A DNA stretch of 64,000 bases from Candidatus Eiseniibacteriota bacterium (GTDB taxonomy: Bacteria; Eisenbacteria; RBG-16-71-46), in the NCBI GenBank assembly GCA_963707915.1, contig OY970178.1:2880001-2944000 (forward strand), in the 5' to 3' direction. The number at the start of each line of letters is the position of its first letter. The first letter of the stretch is position 1. This document shows positions 21,593 through 30,774 of the stretch, piece after piece. The position numbers and the translations under genes are program-made. The notes below the pieces were generated by a model. The model was given only the letters and a program-made list of their open reading frames with translations. It did not search any database and was not told the DNA's origin.

Positions 21593-22555
21593 ATGAACGG
21601 GAACCCGCCCGCCGCGCCCGAACCGCCGGTCCACGAGACGCTGCGCGAACTGCTGCAGGACCACGATGTCCGCGAGCAGCTGGTCGGGATCCTGGCGGAG
21701 GAGATCGAGGCCCGCCGCGAGCCGTCCCCGTGGCGGCGCGCCCAGCCCTGGCTCGCCGGGGCCGCCAGCGCCTTCGTCACCGTGCTGGCCTTCTTCCTGC
21801 CCTCGCTGCAGGACCAGTGGGACCGCTGGCAGGCGCGCCAGGTGATCCAGCGCTACGTCGAGCTGGGGCGCGACTTCATGCACGAGGGGCGCTTCCAGAT
21901 CGCCGAGGAGACCTTCGCCAAGGCGTTCGAGCTCTCCGAGAGCCGCCGCCTCGACATCGAGGAGGAACGCCTCGCGGCGAAGGTCGCGCGCGTCAACGAG
22001 GACCCCGCCTGGGGCGTGACCAACCCCGAGGGGCTCGAGGAGAGCGACTTCCTCTACCTGCTGCACCTGCAGGAGGGGAAGACCGCCGGGCAGCGCCACG
22101 CGCAGGCGCTCACGCTCAATTCCTACGGCGTCTTCCTCACCTCCGAGAAGCGTTTCGCCGAGGCCGAGAGCACCTTCCACCGGTCGATCGTGCTCGATCC
22201 GACGAACGCCTCGGCCCGGGTCCGCCTGGGCAACCTGCTCTCGGACAGCGGACGCCCGCGGGAGGCCGAGGCGGCGTACCGCCTGGCGCTGCGGCTGGAC
22301 CCGGGCAGCCTGAGCGGGCACTACAACCTCGGGCTGCTGCTCGAACAGACCGGTCGCCCGGCCGAGGCGGAGACCCTGCTGCGCCGCGCGGTGCGGCTCG
22401 GTCCGGGCGACGCGGACGCCCTGCGCCTGCTGGCGGACGTCCTCGAGAAGAACGGGCGGGCGGCCGAGGCGGCCGCCACGCGCGAGCGGCTGGCGAAGCT
22501 CCCGCCGCGCCCCCCGCTGCCCCGTCCGAAGCCGGCGGACGGGAGTGGCGGGTAG
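21593..22555 (+). CDS. Membrane-anchored TPR protein
   Basis: One hydrophobic segment, then TPR units (LDPTNASARVRLGN, LDPGSLSGHYNLG); GGAGG RBS. Confidence 0.8.
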   Translation: MNGNPPAAPEPPVHETLRELLQDHDVREQLVGILAEEIEARREPSPWRRAQPWLAGAASAFVTVLAFFLPSLQDQWDRWQARQVIQRYVELGRDFMHEGRFQIAEETFAKAFELSESRRLDIEEERLAAKVARVNEDPAWGVTNPEGLEESDFLYLLHLQEGKTAGQRHAQALTLNSYGVFLTSEKRFAEAESTFHRSIVLDPTNASARVRLGNLLSDSGRPREAEAAYRLALRLDPGSLSGHYNLGLLLEQTGRPAEAETLLRRAVRLGPGDADALRLLADVLEKNGRAAEAAATRERLAKLPPRPPLPRPKPADGSGG

Positions 22556-22573
22556 CGGGCCGGGAGGACGGGC

Positions 22574-24496
22574 GTGGCGCAGGCGAAGGAACGAAGCAGC
22601 ACCATCGGGACGGTGAAGCGCACCCTGGCGCTCGGCCGCGGCCAGGGCCGCGGCTTCCTGACGGTCGCCCTGCTGGTCTCGCTGGGCACCGCGGCGAGCC
22701 TGTTCGAGCCCTGGATCTACCGCGCCATCGTGGACGACGTCGCCGGCGTCTTCGTGACCCCGGGACCGGTGGTCAAGGCCGAGCACGCGCTGCAGGAGCT
22801 GGGGGCCGCGTTCCGGCACGTGCCGCACAGCAGCGCGCGGATCTTCAGGGCCCCGCTGCGCAAGATGCGCGCCGAGGAGACCGGGCGGCGGGCGCTGCCG
22901 GCGCGCTCGCCGCACCAGGCGATGGCGACGGTGTTCATCGGCGCCGTGCTGCTGCTGGTCACGCGGCTGCTCTCGGAGCTGTTCCGCTACCACGGCGACA
23001 ATCGCTCGACCACGCTCGCCAGCCGGATCGAGCGGGACTTCATCCTGCGCACGTTCCGCCACGTGCTGCGCCTGCCGCTCGACTTCTTCGGCCGGCGCGC
23101 GAGCGGCGCGGTGGCGCGGCAGATCGACCAGTCGGACCACGTCGCGCCGGTGTTCACGGCGTTCGCCCAGGAGGTCTGGCCCGACGTGTTCACGCTGCTC
23201 GCCATCCTGGCCATCATCACCAGCCTGAACGCCGCCCTGGCGCTCATCACCTTCATCGCCGTGCCGGTGTACGCCCTGGTCACCTGGCAGATGACGCGCC
23301 GCCTCGAGACCCGGCTCGAGGAGTACTACTCGCTGTGGGACGACGTCTCGAGCCGCATCCAGCAGGCCGTCGCCGGGATCAAGACGGTGCTCACCCACGG
23401 CGCCGCCGAGCACGAGGCGAAGGCGCTCGAGGAGGTGAGCGGGCGCGCGTTCGACACCTACGTCGCGCGCAACCGCCTGCAGAACCGCTACGCGTTCGCG
23501 CAGGAGGCGATCGTCACCGTCTCGAAGGCCGCCGCGCTGCTGCTGGGCGGCATCAAGGCCCTCCAGCACCAGCTCACGCCGGGCGACGTGGTGCTCTTCC
23601 TGGCCTACCTCGACCAGGTCTACTCGCCGATCGGCAGCCTGACCGAGCTCTACACCTCGCTGCAGGAGCACGCCAGCTCGATGCGGCGCGCCCACCGGCT
23701 GCTCGACGAGCCCGCGGCGCCGGGCGAGGACCGGCCGCCGCTCGCGGCGGGCGGTGGCGCCATCGAGTTCGCCGGCGTGCGCTTCGGCTACCGCCCGCAG
23801 CGCCCGGTGCTCGACGACGTGACCTTCCGCGTGAAGCCGGGCGAGCGCGTGGGCCTGGTCGGCCCCTCGGGCGCCGGCAAGACCACGCTCACCGACCTGC
23901 TGATCGGGCTCTACCAGCCGCAGGCCGGGGCCATCCTGGTGGACGGGCAGCGCGTCACGGACGTCGCGCCCTCGTCGCTGCGCGGAGCGATCCGCGGCGT
24001 GGCGGCCGACGGGATGCTGTTCCGCATGACCATCGCCGAGAACATCCGCTACGGCCGCTTCGAAGCCACCGACGCCGAGGTCGTGGACACGGCCCGCCTG
24101 GCCGGACTGGCGCCGCTGCTCGAACGCCTGCCCGAGGGCCTCGCGACCCCGATCGGCGAACGGGGGGTGGAGCTCTCGATGGGCGAGCGGCAGCGCGTCC
24201 TGCTGGCGCGTGCGTTCATCGGGCGCCCGCTGATCCTGCTGCTGGACGAGGCCACCGCGAACCTCGACTTCAAGACGGAGGCGGCGGTGAAGGAGGCCAT
24301 CGACGTCATCTCGCAGGGTCGCACCACGCTGGTGGTCGCCCACCGGCGCTCGATGCTGAGCGACGTGGACCGCATCCTGGTCCTGCGCGGGGGACGCGTC
24401 GAGCAGGACGGCAGCCCGGCGGAGCTGATGGGTGTGGACGGCTACTACCGCCAGATGATGACCGCCGAGGACCGGGGGGCGAAGGGGACGGACTGA
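22574..24496 (+). CDS. ABC exporter (TMD+NBD, MsbA-like)
   Basis: GPSGAGKT, LSMGERQR, LLDEATANLD, VAHR; N-terminal TM domain. Confidence 0.88.
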   Translation: MAQAKERSSTIGTVKRTLALGRGQGRGFLTVALLVSLGTAASLFEPWIYRAIVDDVAGVFVTPGPVVKAEHALQELGAAFRHVPHSSARIFRAPLRKMRAEETGRRALPARSPHQAMATVFIGAVLLLVTRLLSELFRYHGDNRSTTLASRIERDFILRTFRHVLRLPLDFFGRRASGAVARQIDQSDHVAPVFTAFAQEVWPDVFTLLAILAIITSLNAALALITFIAVPVYALVTWQMTRRLETRLEEYYSLWDDVSSRIQQAVAGIKTVLTHGAAEHEAKALEEVSGRAFDTYVARNRLQNRYAFAQEAIVTVSKAAALLLGGIKALQHQLTPGDVVLFLAYLDQVYSPIGSLTELYTSLQEHASSMRRAHRLLDEPAAPGEDRPPLAAGGGAIEFAGVRFGYRPQRPVLDDVTFRVKPGERVGLVGPSGAGKTTLTDLLIGLYQPQAGAILVDGQRVTDVAPSSLRGAIRGVAADGMLFRMTIAENIRYGRFEATDAEVVDTARLAGLAPLLERLPEGLATPIGERGVELSMGERQRVLLARAFIGRPLILLLDEATANLDFKTEAAVKEAIDVISQGRTTLVVAHRRSMLSDVDRILVLRGGRVEQDGSPAELMGVDGYYRQMMTAEDRGAKGTD

Positions 24497-24575
24497 GGCA
24501 CGCGGCCGCTTCCGCCGTGGAACGCGGTCGGGAACGGCTGCACGATCCCCGCCCCGGACGGCGGCCGGTCCGGCC

Positions 24576-25628
24576 TCAACCCCGCTTCAGGCTCGCCAGG
24601 TCGATCACGAAGCGGTAGCGCACGTCGCCCTTCACCACCCGCGGGTAGGCCTCGTTGACGCGCTCGATCGGGATGACCTCGACGTCCGAGACCACGCCGT
24701 GCCGGCCGCAGAAGTCGAGCATCTCCTGGGTCTCGGCGATGCCGCCGATGAGCGAGCCCGCGAGGCGCCGGGCGCCGCTGATGAGCGAGAAGGCGTGCAG
24801 CGCGGTGGGCTCGGGCGGCACGCCGACCACGGCCATCGCGCCGTAGGGCCGCAGCAGCCGCAGCAGCGCGTTGTAGTCGTGCGGCGCGGAGACCGTGTCC
24901 ACGATCAGGTCCACGCGGCCGGCCAGCCGCCTGGCCGCCGCCTCGTCGCCGTGCAGCTCGAAGCCCGTGGCCCCGAGCCGCGCGGCGTCGGCCTGCTTGG
25001 CCCGCGAGGTGCTCAGCACGGTGACCTCCGCGCCCATCGCGGCGGCCAGCTTCACCGCCATGTGGCCCAGCCCGCCGAGGCCGGAGACCACGACGCGGTC
25101 GCCGGGTTTGCAGCCCCACTGGCGCAGCGGCGAGTAGGTGGTGATGCCGGCGCAGAGCAGGGGCGCGGCGGCCGCGGGGTCGAGGCCGTCCGGCACGCGC
25201 AGCACGAAGCGCTCGGCGACCACCACGTGGGTCGAGTAGCCGCCGTAGGTCGGGGTGCGCCGGTCCATCTCGGTGCTGTTGTAGGTGTACGCCGCGCCGC
25301 GCTCGCAGAACTGCTCGGTGTCGTGACGGCACGGTCCGCACTCCCGGCAGGAGTCGACCATGCAGCCCACGCCCACCAGGTCGCCGACCGCGAAGCGCGT
25401 CACCCGCGGGCCCACCGCGCTCACCCGCCCGACGATCTCGTGGCCGGGGACCATGGGGAAGACCTCGCCGCCCCACTCCCCGCGCGCCTGGTGGATGTCG
25501 GAGTGGCAGATGCCGCAGAACAGCACGTCGATGGCGACGTCGAGCGGGCCCGGCGCTCGGCGCTCCACGGCGAAGGGGGCGAGCGGGCTTCCGGTGGTGA
25601 GGGCCGCGTAGGCGGCGGCGTGTGGCAT
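24576..25628 (-). CDS. Zn-dependent NAD(P) alcohol dehydrogenase (cinnamyl-ADH type)
   Basis: CGICHSD, GHEIVG, CxxCxxC-x7-C, PLLCAGIT, GLGGLGH, YRFVID. Confidence 0.93.
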   Translation of the reverse strand: MPHAAAYAALTTGSPLAPFAVERRAPGPLDVAIDVLFCGICHSDIHQARGEWGGEVFPMVPGHEIVGRVSAVGPRVTRFAVGDLVGVGCMVDSCRECGPCRHDTEQFCERGAAYTYNSTEMDRRTPTYGGYSTHVVVAERFVLRVPDGLDPAAAAPLLCAGITTYSPLRQWGCKPGDRVVVSGLGGLGHMAVKLAAAMGAEVTVLSTSRAKQADAARLGATGFELHGDEAAARRLAGRVDLIVDTVSAPHDYNALLRLLRPYGAMAVVGVPPEPTALHAFSLISGARRLAGSLIGGIAETQEMLDFCGRHGVVSDVEVIPIERVNEAYPRVVKGDVRYRFVIDLASLKRG

Positions 25629-25932
25629 GGTCGGCTCCTGGGTCGGGGGCGTGGCGTCCTGCACGGCGGGCCGAAACTCGCGTCGCCGCAGCATATGCGT
25701 TCGGCGCGATCCTCGCACGCGCGGGGGAGCCCGCGGGGCGGCCCGGCCCGGCCCCCGGGCGACGGGCGCGGGGGCGTTCCCGATGGTATGCTTTCCGCTG
25801 CTTTGCCCCCTCAGGACAACTGCATCAGGACTCGCTTCTACACTCGCGTGCAGGGGTATTCCCCGGGCGATCACGGCGGAGGCCGGGATCGGGCCTGCGG
25901 TCGGAAGGCGCGCCTAACCGAGAGGTTGCGTC

Positions 25933-27285
25933 ATGGGTGATTCCAGCAAGACCCGCGTCATCATCATGGGAGCCGCCGGCCGGGACTTCCACAATTTCAA
26001 CGTCTACTGGAAGCAGCGTACGGACGTGGAAGTCGTGTGCTTCACCGCGGCGCAGATCCCCGACATCGCCGGCCGCGTCTACCCGCCGGTGCTGGCCGGC
26101 CCGCGGTACCCGCAGGGCATCCCGATCCACGCCGAGGACCAACTCGACGACCTGATCCGCGAGCACCGCGTCGACCTGGTGACCTTCTCCTACTCCGACG
26201 TGTCGCACGAGAATCTCATGCACCAGGCCTGCCGGGTGAACGCGGCGGGGGCGCAGTTCTCGCTGCTGGGCGCCGCCCAGACCATGATCGAGAGCACCCG
26301 GCCGGTCATCGCGGTGGGCGCCGTGCGCACCGGCTGCGGCAAGAGCCAGACCTCTCGACGTGTCGCCGAGATCCTCAAGGGCATGGGCAAGAAGGTGGCG
26401 GTGGTGCGGCACCCGATGCCCTACGGCGACCTCGCCCGGCAGGCGGTGCAGTGTTTCGCCAGCGTCGCCGACATGGACGCGGCCGAGTGCACCATCGAGG
26501 AGCGCGAGGAGTACGAGCCGCACACCGCGATGGGCAACCTGGTCTTCGCGGGGGTGGACTACGAGGCCATCCTGCGCCGCGCCGAGCAGGAGGCCGACGT
26601 GATCCTGTGGGACGGCGGCAACAACGACACGCCGTTCTACCGCCCCGACCTCAACATCGTGGTGGCCGACCCGCACCGCCCCGGCCACGAGCTGCGGTAC
26701 TACCCGGGCGAGACCAACGTGCGCATGGCCGACATCGTCGTGATCAACAAGGTGGACACCGCGGACCCGGAGGCCATCCAGACGGTCGAGGCGAACGTGC
26801 GCGCGCTGAATCCGAAGGCGATCGTCCTGCGGGCCAACTCCCCGGTCACGGTGGAACAGCCCGAGTCGGTCAAGGGCAAGCGCGTGCTGGTGATCGAGGA
26901 CGGGCCGACGCTCACCCACGGCGAGATGCGTTACGGCGCCGGCCTGGTCGCCGCGCACAAGCTGCAGGCCGGCGAGATCGTGGACCCGCGGCCGTACGCG
27001 CAGGGCTCCATCCGGCAGGTGTTCGAGAAGTACTCGCACCTCACCCAGATCCTGCCGGCCATGGGCTACGGCGAGCGGCAGATCGCCGAGCTCTCGGCCA
27101 CCATCGCCGCGGTCCCGTGCGACCTGGTGCTGATCGCCACGCCCATCGACCTGCGGCACGTCCTCACCATCGACAAGCCCTCGACGCGCGTGATGTACGA
27201 GCTCGAGGAACACGACCGGACCGTCCTGCCGCGCGCCATCGCGAAGGTCCTGGCGGTGCAGAAGGGAGCCACGCCCCATGCCTAA
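25933..27285 (+). CDS. arcE: COG2403 P-loop protein (cDPG-synthetase-like), probable arginine synthetase ArcE
   Basis: GAAGRDFHNFN, FTAAQIP, AVRTGCGKSQT, RHPMPYG, WDGGNND, EDGPTLTHG, PAMGY; overlaps the OTC gene. Confidence 0.75.
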   Translation: MGDSSKTRVIIMGAAGRDFHNFNVYWKQRTDVEVVCFTAAQIPDIAGRVYPPVLAGPRYPQGIPIHAEDQLDDLIREHRVDLVTFSYSDVSHENLMHQACRVNAAGAQFSLLGAAQTMIESTRPVIAVGAVRTGCGKSQTSRRVAEILKGMGKKVAVVRHPMPYGDLARQAVQCFASVADMDAAECTIEEREEYEPHTAMGNLVFAGVDYEAILRRAEQEADVILWDGGNNDTPFYRPDLNIVVADPHRPGHELRYYPGETNVRMADIVVINKVDTADPEAIQTVEANVRALNPKAIVLRANSPVTVEQPESVKGKRVLVIEDGPTLTHGEMRYGAGLVAAHKLQAGEIVDPRPYAQGSIRQVFEKYSHLTQILPAMGYGERQIAELSATIAAVPCDLVLIATPIDLRHVLTIDKPSTRVMYELEEHDRTVLPRAIAKVLAVQKGATPHA

Positions 27286-28204
27286 CCCGAGCTATCTCTC
27301 GGTCAAGGACCTCACGGCGGCCCGGACGCTGGAGGTCCTGGAGCTCGCCGCCCGTCTCAAGCGGGAGGTCAAGGCCGGCATTCCGCACCCGCGGCTCGCC
27401 GGCAAGACCCTGGCGATGATCTTCCAGAAGCCCTCGCTGCGGACGCGCGTCTCGTTCGAGGTCGGGATGACGCAGCTCGGGGGGCACGCCATCTACCTCG
27501 GGCCCTCCGACATCAAGCTGGGCGAGCGCGAGACGGTGGAGGACATCGCCCTGACGATCTCGCGCATGTGCGACGTGATCATGGCGCGCGTGTTCGGGCA
27601 CGACAGCGTGGCGGGGCTGGCCCGGCACGCCACGGTGCCGGTCATCAACGCGCTCTCGGACCGCGAGCACCCGTGCCAGATCCTCGCCGACCTGCAGACC
27701 ATCCAGGAGCGCAAGGGCCGCTTCGAGGGGATCAAGGCCGTGTTCGTGGGGGACGGCAACAACGTGGCCCAGTCGTTCCTCTACGGCGGCGCCCTGCTGG
27801 GGATGAGCGTCACGGTGGCCTGCCCGGCGGGCTACGAGCCGCTGGCGGAGATCGTGGCGGACGCGAAGGCCATGGGGGCGCGGACCGGGGCGGCGATCGC
27901 CGTCTCGAACGACCTGGCGGGCGCCTGCCGCGGCGCCGACGTGCTCTACACCGACGTCTGGGCCAGCATGGGACAGGAGGCGGAGGCCGCGAAGCGGAAG
28001 CACGACTTCAGCGGCTGGCAGATCGACGCCGCGCTCCTGGCGGTGGCGAAGCCCGACGCGACCATCCTGCATTGTCTCCCCGCGCACTACGGCGAGGAGA
28101 TCGACTACGCCGCCTCGCGCACGGCCCACTCGGCCATCTTCGACCAGGCCGAGAACCGGCTGCACGCGCAGAAGGCGCTGATGCTGTACCTGATGGGTGC
28201 CTGA
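27278..28204 (+). CDS. argF: Ornithine carbamoyltransferase
   Basis: KPSLRTRVSF, HPCQ, GDGNN, DVWASMG, HCLP, QAENR. Confidence 0.93.
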   Translation: MPNPSYLSVKDLTAARTLEVLELAARLKREVKAGIPHPRLAGKTLAMIFQKPSLRTRVSFEVGMTQLGGHAIYLGPSDIKLGERETVEDIALTISRMCDVIMARVFGHDSVAGLARHATVPVINALSDREHPCQILADLQTIQERKGRFEGIKAVFVGDGNNVAQSFLYGGALLGMSVTVACPAGYEPLAEIVADAKAMGARTGAAIAVSNDLAGACRGADVLYTDVWASMGQEAEAAKRKHDFSGWQIDAALLAVAKPDATILHCLPAHYGEEIDYAASRTAHSAIFDQAENRLHAQKALMLYLMGA

Positions 28205-28226
28205 GGCCGGGGCGAAGGAGGCAGCC

Positions 28227-29081
28227 ATGAATGATCGGACGGGACCGGACGGGACGGCGGCGACGCTGCGCGGCGTCGCGGCGATCGTGATCGTGGGCGT
28301 GGCGCTGGGCCTGGCGTTCAACGCGCTGGGCCTGGCGAGCAAGCCGCCGCGCGGGCTGTCGTGGATCACGCAGCCGGAGAGGATGCCGAGCCTCGAGGAG
28401 CTGCAGCCCGGCTCCCTGCTGGCGCCGCCGCCCGCGGCCCGGCCGCCGTCGGCGCCCGGGCTCTCGCTGGTGGGGACCGCCTGGGCGGGCGGGGTCGCGC
28501 CGCCCGCCGCCGCGCGCGACACGGTCCGCGCCGCGCCGGGCAAGCCGGCCGGGTCCGTGGCGAAGAAGCCGGCGGCGAGGAAGGCGCCGGCGCGGAGGGT
28601 CCCCGTCACGGCGGTGAAGAAGCCGGTGCCGGTGCCGGCGTCCGTGACGAAGGTCCCTGCGACGGTGCCCGGCGCCGTCGTCGCGCCGGTCGTGACGAAG
28701 GCGGACCTGCCGGTGGTCCCGGACCTGGACCAGCCAATCGAAGTGAAGCTCGCGAACGTGAAGAAGTTCTTCGACGCCGGCGCGGCGGTCTTCGTGGATG
28801 CGCGCGAGGCCCCGGAGTACGCCGAGGGGCACATCGCCGGCGCCCTGAGCGTGCCCTTCGACGACGCGGTGAGGAACCCGGCCCTGCTCGAGCCGTTCAA
28901 GCGGGCGGGCAAGCCGCTCATCCTCTACTGCAGCGGCGGCGACTGCGAGCTCTCGAAGGACCTGGCCAGGAACATGCTGGCGGACGGCATCCGCAAGGTG
29001 CTGGTCTTCACCGACGGCATGCCCGCCTGGAAGGCGGCCGGCTACCCGACGGAGACGGGGCCGGCGAAGGTGGCGCGGTGA
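28227..29081 (+). CDS. Membrane-anchored rhodanese-domain protein
   Basis: N-terminal TM, Pro/Ala/Lys linker, VDAR..EYAEGHIAGA, LYCSGGDC, GMPAW. Confidence 0.85.
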   Translation: MNDRTGPDGTAATLRGVAAIVIVGVALGLAFNALGLASKPPRGLSWITQPERMPSLEELQPGSLLAPPPAARPPSAPGLSLVGTAWAGGVAPPAAARDTVRAAPGKPAGSVAKKPAARKAPARRVPVTAVKKPVPVPASVTKVPATVPGAVVAPVVTKADLPVVPDLDQPIEVKLANVKKFFDAGAAVFVDAREAPEYAEGHIAGALSVPFDDAVRNPALLEPFKRAGKPLILYCSGGDCELSKDLARNMLADGIRKVLVFTDGMPAWKAAGYPTETGPAKVAR

Positions 29082-29497
29082 GCGGCGTGCTGACCGGCAC
29101 CCCGGTGCGCCGCGGCGCGCAGATCGTGCTGGGGGCGCTGTTCCTGGTGGCGGCGCTCGCCAAGATCGTGGACGTCGCGAGCCTGGCGCGGGAGGTCCAC
29201 AACTTCCGCATCGTGCCGTTCTGGTCCGAGCACCTGGTGGCGATGACCCTGCCGTGGGTCGAGTTGGTGGCCGGTCTCGCGCTGGTGCTGGGCATCCGGC
29301 CCCGCGCGGGCGCCTGGGTGGCCGGGGTGCTGCTCGCGGGCTTCACGGTCGGCGTCGCCCTGGCCATGGCGCGCGGCCTCAACTTCCACTGCGGATGCTT
29401 CGGCACCGCGGACGCCACGCGTATCGGCTGGTCCAAGCTGGGCGAGAACCTCGGGATGCTCGCGCTGGCGGTGGTGGGGTCGCTCGGGCGGAAGTAG
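29078..29497 (+). CDS. MauE/DoxX membrane protein
   Basis: LPWVEL, RGLNFHCGCFG, four TM segments; GTGA overlap with the rhodanese gene. Confidence 0.85.
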   Translation: MSGVLTGTPVRRGAQIVLGALFLVAALAKIVDVASLAREVHNFRIVPFWSEHLVAMTLPWVELVAGLALVLGIRPRAGAWVAGVLLAGFTVGVALAMARGLNFHCGCFGTADATRIGWSKLGENLGMLALAVVGSLGRK

Positions 29498-29632
29498 CCG
29501 GGGGGGCTGGTCGGCGCGGGGCCTGGTTGGCGTAGGGGCCGGGACGCCGGGGGGCGAGCGCATGGTGCCTCTGCTCGCCCACCGGCGTCCCGGCCCCCGC
29601 GCGATTGCCTCCGAGCGTCCGGGCCCGGCCTG

Positions 29633-30631
29633 TCAGTACGTCTTCGCGCCCGCCTTCACCACCCGGGCCAGAGCCCCCGCCAGCCCCTCGTGCAGCGCCT
29701 TGACCTCCTCGGGCTGCCAGTCCTTGCGGTCCTTGCGCACGAACGTGGTCTTGTCGACGCGGTTGTCGAAGCGGCCCACCGGCAGGTACCAGGAGCGGCC
29801 GTGGGCCTCGATCTTCACCGTGTCGGGGCGGTCCGAGTGCTGGAGCAACCACTCCATGTCGTCGCAGCCGTAGTCGCCGAGCATCACCGCCATCGGCACG
29901 CCGTGGTGCAGGATCGAGCCCGGGTCGTTGGGGTCGGTGCGTTCGATGTTCTTGCGGCGCGACTCCTCCGGCGCGACCCAGACGTAGAGCACCGAGGCGC
30001 GCGCGAGGATCTCCTCGGAGAGCACGGCGAACGAGTACCGGTAGCCGAGCGGCGCCGGCAGGGGCATCGCGGACTTGTCCGGGCCGCCGCGCGCGAACTC
30101 GATCACCACGGTGCGGCCCTGGAGCGAGTCGGGGATGCCGGCGTTCTTCTCGCGCAGCAACTCGGCGCACTCGGCTTCGAGCGCCTCGACCAGCTCGCCG
30201 CGCACGGCGGGATCGAGCTGGCCGAGCGCCGGACGCGCGCCGACCTTGCGGCGCGCGGCGTCGAAGCGGTCCAGCAGCCACTCGGCGGCCGGGCACCCGC
30301 TGGAGGCGGGGCGCGGGGCCGGGCGGTGCCGCTGGACGAGGTCGTCGAAGTCCTCGTTCAGCAGCTCCATCAGCGTCCCCCAGTCGCGCTGCTCCTTCAT
30401 CGGCAGCTCGTCGGAGTCGAAGAACAGCCCGTCCTGGCCGCGCTTGCGCAGCTCCTGGCTGATGCGCCGCATCATGTGGACGTAGGGGTAGTCGTCGAGC
30501 TGGACGGTGGGTCCCACGTGCATCTCGTCGCGACACTGCTCGGGGGTGAGGCCCGCGAGGTAGCGACGGACTTCCGACTTGCCCGAGGCGGGCAGGGCCG
30601 TGAGCAGCAGGACGTCGATCAGGCTGGACAT
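29633..30631 (-). CDS. Uncharacterised P-loop NTPase-like protein
   Basis: LLLTALPASGKSE (Walker A-like), VVIEFARGG; codon pattern fits a real gene. Confidence 0.7.
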   Translation of the reverse strand: MSSLIDVLLLTALPASGKSEVRRYLAGLTPEQCRDEMHVGPTVQLDDYPYVHMMRRISQELRKRGQDGLFFDSDELPMKEQRDWGTLMELLNEDFDDLVQRHRPAPRPASSGCPAAEWLLDRFDAARRKVGARPALGQLDPAVRGELVEALEAECAELLREKNAGIPDSLQGRTVVIEFARGGPDKSAMPLPAPLGYRYSFAVLSEEILARASVLYVWVAPEESRRKNIERTDPNDPGSILHHGVPMAVMLGDYGCDDMEWLLQHSDRPDTVKIEAHGRSWYLPVGRFDNRVDKTTFVRKDRKDWQPEEVKALHEGLAGALARVVKAGAKTY

Positions 30632-30684
30632 GAGCGGACTCGCTGGGTGGAAGTTGTGAAGGATGCCGCTTCGAGGGTCGCGGG

Positions 30685-30713
30685 AATATAGCCGGGGCCT
30701 CGCCGGTTGACAA
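30685..30713 (-). promoter_or_regulatory. Sigma70-type promoter of the P-loop gene
   Basis: TTGTCA-17-TATATT on the minus strand. Confidence 0.65.
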
Positions 30714-30774
30714 TCGGCGGGGCCCGCGGAGCCCCGGGTGGCGGAGCGCGAATCGCGCGGGATACACTGCCCGC

